From assembly GCA_965277405.1 (NCBI GenBank), contig OZ255726.1:426280-490279 (forward strand): DNA of 64,000 bases, read 5' to 3'. Shown here in pieces: positions 49,041-59,025 of this stretch (its first letter is position 1; the number at the start of each line of letters is the position of its first letter). The notes beneath the pieces were generated by a model that did not search any database, was not told the origin of the DNA, and was given only the letters and a program-made list of their open reading frames with translations. This DNA is from Gammaproteobacteria bacterium (lineage in GTDB: Bacteria; Pseudomonadota; Gammaproteobacteria; G965277405). The position numbers and the translations under genes were made by a program.

Positions 49041-50639
49041 ATGAATATCCGCAAAGCAGCTAAATACCTTCGTTATAGTTTATATGTGGGGGTGGCGGTA
49101 TTGTTGTACATGTGCTTCTTGCAGTGGGGGCATATGTTCTCCGTAATTCCAGACACAAATCAAAGTTCTGATGCAACAGCTGTGCAAATCCCAGGCGCAA
49201 TACAGCCACAAGAGATACCGAGAAATCATGTCGTATTACGCAATGACGTGCTCGATCTCGAAATAGACTTATACGGCGGCGATATAGTGAGCAGTAAGTT
49301 ATTGGCGTATGCAGTTAGCAAAGTTGATGCCACTCCAGTATCGTTATTGGAAGACTCTGACACCAAAAAATACATCGCTCAAAGTGGCTTAATTAGTAAT
49401 GTATCAGGCATCAACACCACCAAATTAAACTACACAACAACACAAAATACGAGGATCCTTGCCGACGGTGAGGATACGGTTTCTCTCACATTAACCAGTA
49501 TAGTCAATGATGTGGTGTTTACCAAAGTGTATAGTTTACAAAGAGGGAGTAATGCGATTGATGTTGCGCATTCGCTACAAAATAATAGCATGGCAACGAT
49601 CAGCACGCGGCTATATGGACAGATTATTAACGATGGCAAAGTCCCTGAATTTGACAATGGGCTGCAAATAAAACCATTTGACGGCATCGCCACAACAACC
49701 GCAGCAACAAGTTATCTCAAGAAAAAATTTGCTGACTTAGCAGAAGAACCGCTCGATGTTCGCGTCAAAGGCGGATGGATAGCAGTGTTGCAGCATTATT
49801 TTGTTTCTGCTTGGATTCCTGATCCAAACCAAGAATATCGCTATCAAAGCAATCTACGCAAAGACGGGTTGTATGTGCTCGGTTTTGTTGGTGATTCCCA
49901 AGAAGTGCTACCAAACGCAACGCTGACGTTGTTGAGCAAATTATACACTGGACCAAAACTTGCCAAAGTACTAGAAGCCCTTGCCCCCAACCTCGACTTG
50001 GTTATTGATTTTGGCTGGCTGTGGTTTATTTCTAAATACTTAGTGTTATTCCTCAATTATATTCAAGGAATTATACCTAACTGGGGAATTGCGATCATTG
50101 CGCTGACATTCTGTGTGAAGTTGGTGTTCTTCCCATTATCGCAAGCAGGGTACCGCTCCATGGCAAATATGCGCAAATTCACCCCAGAGATTCAGCGGTT
50201 GCGTGAAACATATGGTCATGATAAACAAAAATTATCACAAGAAACTATGGCATTGTATAAACGGGAGCGCATCAATCCAGTTGGAGGTTGTCTGCCAATT
50301 CTCGTGCAAATGCCTGTATTCATCGCCTTATATTGGGCACTTGTCGAAAGTGTCGAGCTGCGGCACGCACCATTTTTTCTGTGGGTGCAAGATTTATCCG
50401 CGCTTGACCCATACTTTGTCTTACCATTGCTGATGGGCGCCTCCATGTATGTCCAGCAAATGCTCAACCCAACACCACCGGACCCATTACAAGCAAAAAT
50501 ATTTCGTTGGATGCCAGTGGCGTTTACCGTGATGTTTCTCTGGTTCCCATCTGGCTTAGTGTTGTATTGGCTTACCAATAATGTCCTATCAATTATCCAG
50601 CAATATATTATTACCAAGCGGATTGCAACCGCCAAATAA
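49041..50639 (+). CDS. yidC: Membrane protein insertase YidC
   Basis: 532 aa; N-terminal TM, large periplasmic domain, C-terminal 5-TM core (QMPVFIALYWAL, WFPSGLVLYWLTNN). Confidence 0.9.
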   Translation: MNIRKAAKYLRYSLYVGVAVLLYMCFLQWGHMFSVIPDTNQSSDATAVQIPGAIQPQEIPRNHVVLRNDVLDLEIDLYGGDIVSSKLLAYAVSKVDATPVSLLEDSDTKKYIAQSGLISNVSGINTTKLNYTTTQNTRILADGEDTVSLTLTSIVNDVVFTKVYSLQRGSNAIDVAHSLQNNSMATISTRLYGQIINDGKVPEFDNGLQIKPFDGIATTTAATSYLKKKFADLAEEPLDVRVKGGWIAVLQHYFVSAWIPDPNQEYRYQSNLRKDGLYVLGFVGDSQEVLPNATLTLLSKLYTGPKLAKVLEALAPNLDLVIDFGWLWFISKYLVLFLNYIQGIIPNWGIAIIALTFCVKLVFFPLSQAGYRSMANMRKFTPEIQRLRETYGHDKQKLSQETMALYKRERINPVGGCLPILVQMPVFIALYWALVESVELRHAPFFLWVQDLSALDPYFVLPLLMGASMYVQQMLNPTPPDPLQAKIFRWMPVAFTVMFLWFPSGLVLYWLTNNVLSIIQQYIITKRIATAK

Positions 50640-50698
50640 CCACCAACAATGCGTTCAACGGACTGTTGCCAGCCATAGACCTGTAAGATTGTATTGCC

Positions 50699-52039
50699 AT
50701 GGACGACACAATTGTTGCTATTGCCACCGCACCAGGTCATGCAGGCGTGGCAGTTATCCGCATGTCTGGCAAAGCATCACTTAATGTAGCAAGCATAATT
50801 TGCAACGCCTGGCATGGCACACAGCCAACACCCAGACTGGCGTACTCCACACGGTTTGTGACAGGTGATGAGACAATAGACAGCGGGCTGGCACTGTATT
50901 TTGCCGCTCCAGCTAGTTTTACTGGAGAAGATGTTGTCGAGTTGCATTGTCATGGCAGCCCAGTGGTCTTGCAGCAACTGCTGCAATTAGCGTGTACCTT
51001 TAGCGATGTCCGCATGGCAGCAGCTGGTGAATTTAGCCAACGCGCCTTTGCCAATGGCAAGCTAGATCTTGCCCAAGCAGAGGCGATTGCCGACCTTATC
51101 AATGCAGGCTCCATTGCTCAAGTGCGTGCGGCGCAACGTTCGTTACAAGGCGAGTTTTCGCAACAAATCAACGCATTGCTGGAACGGATAATATCGTTAC
51201 GGGGACTAACAGAAGTAACCATAGATTTTAGCGATCAAGACCATGGTGGTGAGCTTGGTGCCGTGCAGCAGCATATTCAAGCATTGGATACTGCTGTTGC
51301 CGAACTACTGGAGCGCGCCCAAGCAGGTGTCGCGTTGAGTAGTACTAGAGAAATTGCCATTGTCGGCGCACCAAATACTGGCAAATCAAGCCTACTCAAT
51401 GCCTTATTGGAATGCGATAGGGCGATCGTTTCTGCCATAGCAGGAGCAACAAGAGACAGCATCAGCGAAGACTGTTATATTGCTGGACAGCGTTTTCGTA
51501 TTACCGATACTGCTGGAATTCGTGATACAACTGACCCGCTTGAACAACAAGGAGTCGCCCGCAGTCAACAACTTGTAACCGCAGCTGATGTTATTTTATT
51601 GGTGTATGACGGCGAGCAGACAGACGTCTACAATGCCTTAACGCACCACGACGATATCAGCGCACGCGTACTTGCGGTGCGCAATAAAATAGACCAAATC
51701 ACCCCGCCGTATCAGCAACACCCTGCTGGATTGCCAACATTGCATATTAGCGTGCATAGCGGCGTAGGAATGGACGCTCTGCAGCGGGCAATCAGCGATA
51801 GGCTATACAGCGATGTTGACACAACAACGTGCAGTGCTCGAGCGCGACACGTCACCGCGTTACAGCACACCAAAACCGCGGTAGCAGCAGCGCTGCGCGC
51901 CGCACAGCAGCAGCATGGACTGGAAATTATCGCCGTAGAGTTGCGTAGCGCTCAAGACCATCTGAGTGAAATCACCGGCAGGTTTGCCAATGAAGACCTG
52001 CTGGATTCTATTTTCTCGTCGTTTTGTTTAGGAAAATAG
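50699..52039 (+). CDS. mnmE: tRNA modification GTPase MnmE
   Basis: 446 aa; G-domain GAPNTGKSSLLNAL, DTAGIR; C-terminal CLGK. Confidence 0.9.
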   Translation: MDDTIVAIATAPGHAGVAVIRMSGKASLNVASIICNAWHGTQPTPRLAYSTRFVTGDETIDSGLALYFAAPASFTGEDVVELHCHGSPVVLQQLLQLACTFSDVRMAAAGEFSQRAFANGKLDLAQAEAIADLINAGSIAQVRAAQRSLQGEFSQQINALLERIISLRGLTEVTIDFSDQDHGGELGAVQQHIQALDTAVAELLERAQAGVALSSTREIAIVGAPNTGKSSLLNALLECDRAIVSAIAGATRDSISEDCYIAGQRFRITDTAGIRDTTDPLEQQGVARSQQLVTAADVILLVYDGEQTDVYNALTHHDDISARVLAVRNKIDQITPPYQQHPAGLPTLHISVHSGVGMDALQRAISDRLYSDVDTTTCSARARHVTALQHTKTAVAAALRAAQQQHGLEIIAVELRSAQDHLSEITGRFANEDLLDSIFSSFCLGK

Positions 52040-52393
52040 TCGCAATAGCGGTGGGCAAATATGCAACGCATGTTTGGGTATAGCAAAGTCCGCTAGCGGC
52101 GACTTAAGCAGAGCTTCCTTAGGGAAGAAAAACAAAAAGTCAACTTCTTAGTCTGTTGTTTTTGAACATCAATGCGTCGAGAAACTTAACAGTAGGAATT
52201 ATTCAGAGCTGCCATAGTATTCAAGCAACAATACTTAAAAGTGAATAAAAAGTTACAACAATAATTTTTATTCACCGCTGGAATGTTGTAGACTGTGGAT
52301 GGAGGATTACGAACGGTCTCTGATTAAATCATAGCAGCGCTGCTATCGTCAACTTGATCAGTGGTATTGAAAACACACTAAAGGAGGAAAACC

Positions 52394-54130
52394 ATGCAAC
52401 CATGGTCTAAAATAAAAGTCGCACTTGCGCTAGCAGCAGTTGTTGCTACCAGTCCAGTATGCGCCGACGGTGACGCTGCTAAAAGATGGATTGATGCAGA
52501 GTTTCAGCCGTCAACGTTGAATAAAGCCGAACAAATGGAAGAAATGGCTTGGTTTGTAGCTGCGGGAAAACCATATGTCGGCATGGAAATCAATGTGCTT
52601 TCAGAAACGATTCCAACCCACTCTTATGAAAGTAAAGTGTTGGCAAAAGCATTTGCCGAAATTACTGGTATTAAGGTTAATCATCAATTGCTTGGTGAAG
52701 GTGAAGTTGTCCAAGCTGTGCAAACACAAATGCAGACACAACGTAATTTGTATGATGCGTATGTGAATGACTCTGATTTAATCGGCACGCACTCACGCTT
52801 GCAGTTAGCGCGCAACTTGAGTGATTGGATGAAACATGAGGGAAAAGACGTCACAAATCCAAAACTTGATTTAGACGATTTCATGGGGATTTCGTTTACA
52901 ACTGGTGCTGATGGTGATTTATACCAACTGCCAGACCAACAATTTGTCAATCTGTATTGGTTCCGTAAAGACTGGTTTGACAACCCTAAATACCAAGCGG
53001 ATTTTAAAAAACGCTATGGCTATGAACTCGGGGTTCCGATCAATTGGTCTGCATACGAAGATATAGCAGAATTTTTTACTGTATACGTAAAAAACATTGA
53101 TGGTGTGCGGGTATACGGCCATATGGATTATGGTAAACGAGCTCCTGACCTCGGTTGGCGGATGACGGATGCTTGGCTGTCGATGGCTGGTGCTGGTTCT
53201 AAAGGTTTGCCAAATGGTATTCCAATCGATGAATGGGGTATCCGCATGGAGGCAGGAACGTGTAACCCAGTTGGCGCGAGTGTTACCCGTGGTGGTGCAA
53301 CCAATGGTGCAGCTGCTGTGTATGCAATCCGCAAATGGGATGAATGGTTACGCGCGTACGCGCCCCCTAGCGCTGCAAGCTATGACTTTTATCAATCGTT
53401 GCCTGCATTGAGTCAAGGAAATGTCGCCCAACAAATTTTTTGGTACTCAGCCTTCACTGCCGATATGGTGAAACCAAAATCAGCAGGGAATAACACTGTT
53501 GATGACAATGGCACCCCATTATGGCGGATGGCGCCAAGCCCGCATGGACCGTATTGGGAAACAGGGCAGAAACTCGGATATCAAGATGCAGGTTCGTGGA
53601 CTATCATGAAGTCGACACCGCTGAAGCGTGCGCAAGCTGCATGGTTATACGCGCAATTTGTCGTCTCCAAAACAGTTGATGTGAAAAAAAGCCACGTGGG
53701 TTTGACATTTATCCGCGATTCAACGGTGCGGGATCAATCATTCACTGATCGTGCGCCAAAGCTTGGAGGATTGATTGAGTTCTATCGTTCACCTGACCGT
53801 GTGATGTGGAGTCCGACTGGTGTTAATGTTCCAGATTATCCAAAATTAGCTCAAATTTGGTGGCAGCAAATTGGCGATGTAAATTCAGGTGCATTTAGCC
53901 CACAACAAGCAATGGACCGTTTGGCAGAAGAAATGGATACCACTATGGCGCGTATGGAAGTTGCTGATAAAGCGGCAAACGTTTACGGCGGTTGTGGTCC
54001 ACGCTTAAATCCTAAAAAATCAGCTGCTGACTGGGTGGGCAAAGGTGGTGCAAAACCAAAACTTGCGAATGAAAAACCACAAGGTGAAACTATCGCATAT
54101 GAAGAACTGATACAACGCTGGCAGCAATAA
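52394..54130 (+). CDS. ABC transporter periplasmic substrate-binding protein (large, carbohydrate/polyol type)
   Basis: 578 aa with signal peptide; first gene of 5-gene ABC importer operon followed by DUF2160-like gene. Confidence 0.7.
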   Translation: MQPWSKIKVALALAAVVATSPVCADGDAAKRWIDAEFQPSTLNKAEQMEEMAWFVAAGKPYVGMEINVLSETIPTHSYESKVLAKAFAEITGIKVNHQLLGEGEVVQAVQTQMQTQRNLYDAYVNDSDLIGTHSRLQLARNLSDWMKHEGKDVTNPKLDLDDFMGISFTTGADGDLYQLPDQQFVNLYWFRKDWFDNPKYQADFKKRYGYELGVPINWSAYEDIAEFFTVYVKNIDGVRVYGHMDYGKRAPDLGWRMTDAWLSMAGAGSKGLPNGIPIDEWGIRMEAGTCNPVGASVTRGGATNGAAAVYAIRKWDEWLRAYAPPSAASYDFYQSLPALSQGNVAQQIFWYSAFTADMVKPKSAGNNTVDDNGTPLWRMAPSPHGPYWETGQKLGYQDAGSWTIMKSTPLKRAQAAWLYAQFVVSKTVDVKKSHVGLTFIRDSTVRDQSFTDRAPKLGGLIEFYRSPDRVMWSPTGVNVPDYPKLAQIWWQQIGDVNSGAFSPQQAMDRLAEEMDTTMARMEVADKAANVYGGCGPRLNPKKSAADWVGKGGAKPKLANEKPQGETIAYEELIQRWQQ

Positions 54131-54261
54131 CACTGTATCCACGCGCGTACGCGCGCGTGGACTGTGTTTGCTGGAGACTCAAAATCGTGCTATCAAGCCG
54201 TTGACGCGTAATGTTATACGCGATTGTCGGTGTTAATTTTGCTGCTACTTGATGTATTATA

Positions 54262-55326
54262 ATGCTCGAACTACACCAAATATCTAAAACTGTTGGATTG
54301 CAGCCGCATATCTATCCAACCAGCATCACTTTTGCCCGCGATGGTCTGAACATTCTGTTAGGCCCAACCAATGCTGGTAAGACAACCTTGATGAAAATTA
54401 TTGCCGGGCTTGATTCAATAAGCACAGGGAGAATTACCTTCGATGGCAAAACCATCCATACCCTGACTCCGCAACAACGCAACGTTAGCTTTGTCCATCA
54501 GCTTTTTATTAATTACCCGCATTTAACAACGTTTGAAAACATTGCCTCGCCATTGCGCGTGCAAAAATTGAGTTATGACGAAGTTTTTGACGCAGTCACT
54601 GCAGCTGCAAAAGTACTCCAAATAGACCATTTACTCGATAAATATCCGCACACACTGTCAGGCGGTCAGCAACAACGCGTGGCGTTGGCGCGTGCGGTAA
54701 TTAAAAAAAGTGACATCGTATTACTCGATGAACCATTAGCAAATCTCGACTACAAATTGCGTGAAGAATTGCGCGAACAGTTACCAACTATTTTTGCCAG
54801 TAGAGGGGCGGTGGTAATTTATGCAACCTCTGACCCGAACGAAGCGTTGATTTTACAAGGTAGGACTGCGGCGATATACGACGGGCGCGCCATTCAGTTT
54901 GGGGCAACATCGTCTGTATACCATCGTCCAAATAATTTAGCAGCTGCGCAGGTATTTTCTGATCCGCCCCTGAACACCCACCGAGTTGTCAAAAAAAACC
55001 AGACGATGCATTTTAATGAGAAAGTTTCATGGCAGCTCCAAGGTGACGAACTAGCGCTGCCAGATGGTGAATATACCCTAGGCATTCGCGCGCATGACGT
55101 GTATACCGAGCAGACGATGCCGCGGATGTTTGCGCTAGATGGCACGGTGATGGTGAGTGAAATAAGCGGTTCTGCAAGCACCGCGCGCATCGATATTGCT
55201 GATTCATTCTGGGTGACGCAGTCATCTGGTGTGCACGAGTACCCGCTGGGTGAGTCAAAAACATTCTATGCGGATTTACAGAAGTGCTATTATTTTAACG
55301 CAGACGGAAGCATCGGTCATGGCTAA
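54262..55326 (+). CDS. ABC transporter ATP-binding protein (first of two)
   Basis: Walker A GPTNAGKTT, signature LSGGQQQRVALAR, Walker B VLLDEP. Confidence 0.85.
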   Translation: MLELHQISKTVGLQPHIYPTSITFARDGLNILLGPTNAGKTTLMKIIAGLDSISTGRITFDGKTIHTLTPQQRNVSFVHQLFINYPHLTTFENIASPLRVQKLSYDEVFDAVTAAAKVLQIDHLLDKYPHTLSGGQQQRVALARAVIKKSDIVLLDEPLANLDYKLREELREQLPTIFASRGAVVIYATSDPNEALILQGRTAAIYDGRAIQFGATSSVYHRPNNLAAAQVFSDPPLNTHRVVKKNQTMHFNEKVSWQLQGDELALPDGEYTLGIRAHDVYTEQTMPRMFALDGTVMVSEISGSASTARIDIADSFWVTQSSGVHEYPLGESKTFYADLQKCYYFNADGSIGHG

Positions 55327-56389
55327 TATTTCGTTACAAAATATCCGCCATAGCTACATAGATAATCCACAGCAGGATAGTGACTATGCATTGCGCAACA
55401 TTGATATTGAATGGCAGGACGGTGGGGCATATGCATTGCTCGGACCATCTGGATGCGGCAAATCGACTGTATTAAATCTAATTTCAGGGTTAATTCAACC
55501 AAGCAACGGCAAGATTTTATTTAACGGTGAGGACGTAACCAATACAACACCAGAACTGCGGAACATTGCCCAAGTATTTCAGTTCCCTGTTATTTACGAC
55601 ACCATGACGGTTGCTGAAAATTTAGCTTTTCCGTTAAAAAATCAAGGTCTCTCAAAAGCGCATATTGATGATCGGGTGGCATTGATTGCGCAGCTACTCG
55701 ACATTGAGGATATTCTATTAAATACAGCAAATAATGTATCTGCAGATAACAAACAGAAAATTTCTATGGGGCGCGGTTTGGTGCGTAAAGATGTCAATGT
55801 AATCATGTTTGATGAACCGCTTACAGTGATTGACCCGCATAAAAAATGGCAGTTGCGCTCGAAGCTGAAAGAACTCCATAAAAAAGTAAATATCACGATG
55901 ATTTACGTCACCCATGACCAGACAGAAGCATTGACATTTGCTGAGCAAGTCGTGGTAATGCAAACTGGTAAAATTATCCAGCAAGGCAGTCCTGATGAGT
56001 TATTCGAACAACCAAAACACACGTTTGTTGGGCATTTTATTGGCTCACCAGGCATGAATTTTTTGCGTTGTCACGTGCGCCAAGGCAGCGCATTCCTGAA
56101 TGGTTTTCCCATTGATATAGCACCTGTCGAGCAGGGTATTCGCGATGGCGAATATCAACTCGGCATCCGCCCAGAGTTTGTGCAGGTTGTCGCCAATGGC
56201 ATACCTGCACGGGTTGTCAAATCAGTCGATATGGGGCGATACACCTTGGTTACAGCAATGATTGCTGAGCAAACCATCCACGCGGTGATTGCCGCTGGGG
56301 TTGCAATTACTGCAACCGCTATTCAGCTAGCATTTGATGTTGAGAAAACCTTCATTTATAAAGACGACTGGATGGTGGCAACACAATGA
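55319..56389 (+). CDS. ABC transporter ATP-binding protein (second of two)
   Basis: Start at ATG 55319 (MANISLQNIRH) overlapping upstream stop; Walker A GPSGCGKST, Walker B IMFDEP. Confidence 0.85.
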   Translation: MANISLQNIRHSYIDNPQQDSDYALRNIDIEWQDGGAYALLGPSGCGKSTVLNLISGLIQPSNGKILFNGEDVTNTTPELRNIAQVFQFPVIYDTMTVAENLAFPLKNQGLSKAHIDDRVALIAQLLDIEDILLNTANNVSADNKQKISMGRGLVRKDVNVIMFDEPLTVIDPHKKWQLRSKLKELHKKVNITMIYVTHDQTEALTFAEQVVVMQTGKIIQQGSPDELFEQPKHTFVGHFIGSPGMNFLRCHVRQGSAFLNGFPIDIAPVEQGIRDGEYQLGIRPEFVQVVANGIPARVVKSVDMGRYTLVTAMIAEQTIHAVIAAGVAITATAIQLAFDVEKTFIYKDDWMVATQ

Positions 56390-57240
56390 AAGCAATCAAC
56401 CATACAGCGTGGTGGTTGGTTACCCCAGTCGTAGTCCTTGTTGCGTTTAACGCGTTAATTCCGCTGATGACAGTTGTGAATTACTCGTTGCAAGAAACAT
56501 TTGGCAACAACGTGTTCTTTTGGCAGGGCTCTGATTGGTTTGAGCAAATTCTTCATTCACAACGCTTTCATGCTGCACTCGGGCGTCAGTTTTTATTTAC
56601 CGGGTTAATTTTGGCTATAGAGGTGCCGCTTGGTGTGGCGATTGCATTGTCGATGCCGCGCTCAGGGTGGGGTGTTTCAGTATGCTTGGTACTGATGGCG
56701 TTGCCGTTATTGATTCCTTGGAATGTTGTCGGGGCTATGTGGAATATTTTTACTCTACCAGATATTGGGCTATTGGGGTATACCCTGAACTCAATAGGGA
56801 TTAACTATAACATGACCCAAAGTGTATTCGCCGCTTGGGCAACGTTGATTATCATGGACGTCTGGCATTGGACTTCATTGGTAGTGCTGTTGACGTATGC
56901 GGGGTTGGTATCGATTCCAGAAGTATATTACCAGGCAGCAAAAATAGATGGCGCGAGCAGTTGGGCGGTATTTAGCTATATTCAATTGCCAAAAGTCAAG
57001 CATGTGTTGGTTATTGCGGTGCTGCTGCGTTTTATGGATTCGTTCATGATTTATACCGAACCATTTGTGCTAACTGGTGGTGGACCTGGAAATTCAACAA
57101 CATTACTTTCAATAGATTTAGTAAAAATAGCGCTTGGTCAGTTTGACCTTGGACCAGCGGCGGCGATGTCGCTAGTATATTTCTTGATCACACTCCTTGT
57201 ATCGTGGGTATTTTATACTGTAATGACTAAAAATGATTAA
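56386..57240 (+). CDS. ABC transporter permease (MalF/UgpA-like)
   Basis: 284 aa polytopic membrane protein, overlaps ATPase stop by 4 nt. Confidence 0.8.
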   Translation: MKAINHTAWWLVTPVVVLVAFNALIPLMTVVNYSLQETFGNNVFFWQGSDWFEQILHSQRFHAALGRQFLFTGLILAIEVPLGVAIALSMPRSGWGVSVCLVLMALPLLIPWNVVGAMWNIFTLPDIGLLGYTLNSIGINYNMTQSVFAAWATLIIMDVWHWTSLVVLLTYAGLVSIPEVYYQAAKIDGASSWAVFSYIQLPKVKHVLVIAVLLRFMDSFMIYTEPFVLTGGGPGNSTTLLSIDLVKIALGQFDLGPAAAMSLVYFLITLLVSWVFYTVMTKND

Positions 57241-57261
57241 ATTCTTTTCAATTCCAACAGC

Positions 57262-58068
57262 ATGATACGGATGCGTAAACGGCAGTTAGTTACTATTTGT
57301 TACATCGTGTTTTTGCTGTTGCCAATCTATTGGTTGATTGCGATGAGTTTTAAATCGACTAATGAGATTTTAGGCGGATTTTCATTGTTTCCACAAGAAT
57401 GGACTCTAGCCAACTACAAGGTTATTTTCACAGATCCGACATGGTATGTTGGCTATTTTAACTCTATGAGTTATGTGGCTATCAACACGGTCATATCTGT
57501 GAGCGTTGCATTACCCGCAGCGTATGCGTTTTCGCGGTATCAATTCCTTGGTGATAAGCATTTATTCTTTTGGTTGTTGACCAACAGAATGGCGCCACCG
57601 GCGGTGTTTGCACTGCCGTTTTTTCAATTGTATTCATCGGTTGGATTATTTGACACCCACTTAGCTGTAGCGCTCGCGCATTGCTTGTTTAACATCCCTT
57701 TAGCAGTGTGGATTTTGGAGGGGTTTATGTCTTCCGTTCCCAAAGAACTCGATGAAATTGCCTACGTAGATGGGTATTCATTCCCGCGGTTTTTCTTTAA
57801 AATATTGTTGCCAAATGTCAAAGCAGGGGTTGGGGTTACAGCATTTTTTTGTTTTATGTTTTCGTGGGTAGAACTACTACTTGCCAAAACATTGACATCA
57901 GTCGACGCCAAGCCAATCGCAGCTATTATGACCAAAACAGCCTCTAGTGCTGGCTATGAACTTGGATTGTTGGCCGCAGCTGGCTGCTTAACTCTTATCC
58001 CAGGAGTAATTGTGATTTATTTTGTGCGGAATTATATCGCCCGTGGTTTTGCATTAGGAAGGGTGTAA
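57262..58068 (+). CDS. ABC transporter permease (MalG/UgpE-like)
   Basis: 268 aa polytopic membrane protein with permease-type cytoplasmic loop. Confidence 0.8.
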   Translation: MIRMRKRQLVTICYIVFLLLPIYWLIAMSFKSTNEILGGFSLFPQEWTLANYKVIFTDPTWYVGYFNSMSYVAINTVISVSVALPAAYAFSRYQFLGDKHLFFWLLTNRMAPPAVFALPFFQLYSSVGLFDTHLAVALAHCLFNIPLAVWILEGFMSSVPKELDEIAYVDGYSFPRFFFKILLPNVKAGVGVTAFFCFMFSWVELLLAKTLTSVDAKPIAAIMTKTASSAGYELGLLAAAGCLTLIPGVIVIYFVRNYIARGFALGRV

Positions 58069-58346
58069 TGTTGACATGGATGGCATGGACGTGGCCAGCA
58101 GCGTTGTTTTTTATATTCATCGGACTAGGTATCGTTATCATTGGTGTTAGCCATGTACTGTGGCCGAGTACAGGACCACGCAAAGGCGTGTTTTTTATCA
58201 AGACAACCCGCGGCGATAGATTGTTTATTTCGTTGTTAGGCGGGTGTTGTATTATGCTCGGGTGGCTCGGCTGGTACGGTACGCCGCTGTGGGGAGGGTT
58301 GCTAATTGCAGTCGCGTGGCTGGTATTCGTATTTGTTAAGGTCTGA
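58068..58346 (+). CDS. Small integral membrane protein (DUF2160-like) associated with the ABC operon
   Basis: 92 aa, three hydrophobic segments, start overlaps permease stop. Confidence 0.5.
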   Translation: MLTWMAWTWPAALFFIFIGLGIVIIGVSHVLWPSTGPRKGVFFIKTTRGDRLFISLLGGCCIMLGWLGWYGTPLWGGLLIAVAWLVFVFVKV

Positions 58347-58381
58347 CTGCATCCAGTATTTTGTTCCCTGCCACAAAATTC

Positions 58382-58948
58382 TCAAGGTGAATTGCTAGAC
58401 TTCCATTTAATGCTGCACCCTATCGATGGAATTTGCGGCTGTGGTGGCGGCTTACCTGCTAACAGCGCATCGACTGCACCGCGGATGTCTGTACCGCTAA
58501 CTTTGACTCCATTCCCTGGGCGCGAGCCATCAAACTGACCACGGTAGAACAGTGTATGCTGCGCATCGAAAACAAAAAAATCTGGGGTGCACGCGGCTGA
58601 ATATGCTTTGGCAACGCTTTGTTGTTCATCAAACAAGTACTGATACACCAGTTGGTGCTCGTTGACTTCATCGATCATTTTTTCTGGGCTATCGGCTGGG
58701 TAGTTGGCAACATCGTTGGAGTTTATCCCAATGACGACCACTCCTTTTTGCTGCACATCAGCAGCAAATATGTTGATTTCACTACGCAGGTGTTTGACAA
58801 ACGGGCAGTGATTGCTCAAAAACATCACCACTAACGGACTGCCGCTATGCTCAATGAGGCTGACCTGCTTGCCAGAATGAGGGTTTGGTAACACAAAATT
58901 AGCTGCACGGCTGTGCAGCGCAACCATTGTCGACTCAACTGCTGCCAT
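58382..58948 (-). CDS. Thioredoxin-fold protein (redoxin-like)
   Basis: 188 aa; VVMFLSNHCPFVKHL resembles thioredoxin-fold active-site region; family not resolved by eye. Confidence 0.5.
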   Translation of the reverse strand: MAAVESTMVALHSRAANFVLPNPHSGKQVSLIEHSGSPLVVMFLSNHCPFVKHLRSEINIFAADVQQKGVVVIGINSNDVANYPADSPEKMIDEVNEHQLVYQYLFDEQQSVAKAYSAACTPDFFVFDAQHTLFYRGQFDGSRPGNGVKVSGTDIRGAVDALLAGKPPPQPQIPSIGCSIKWKSSNSP

Positions 58949-59025
58949 GATGACCTCCGCGTGTTATAGTATCCGCAGCGGAAAACCATGGGTTTTTACC
59001 TAACTCTGCGGATGTCATTTAAAAT

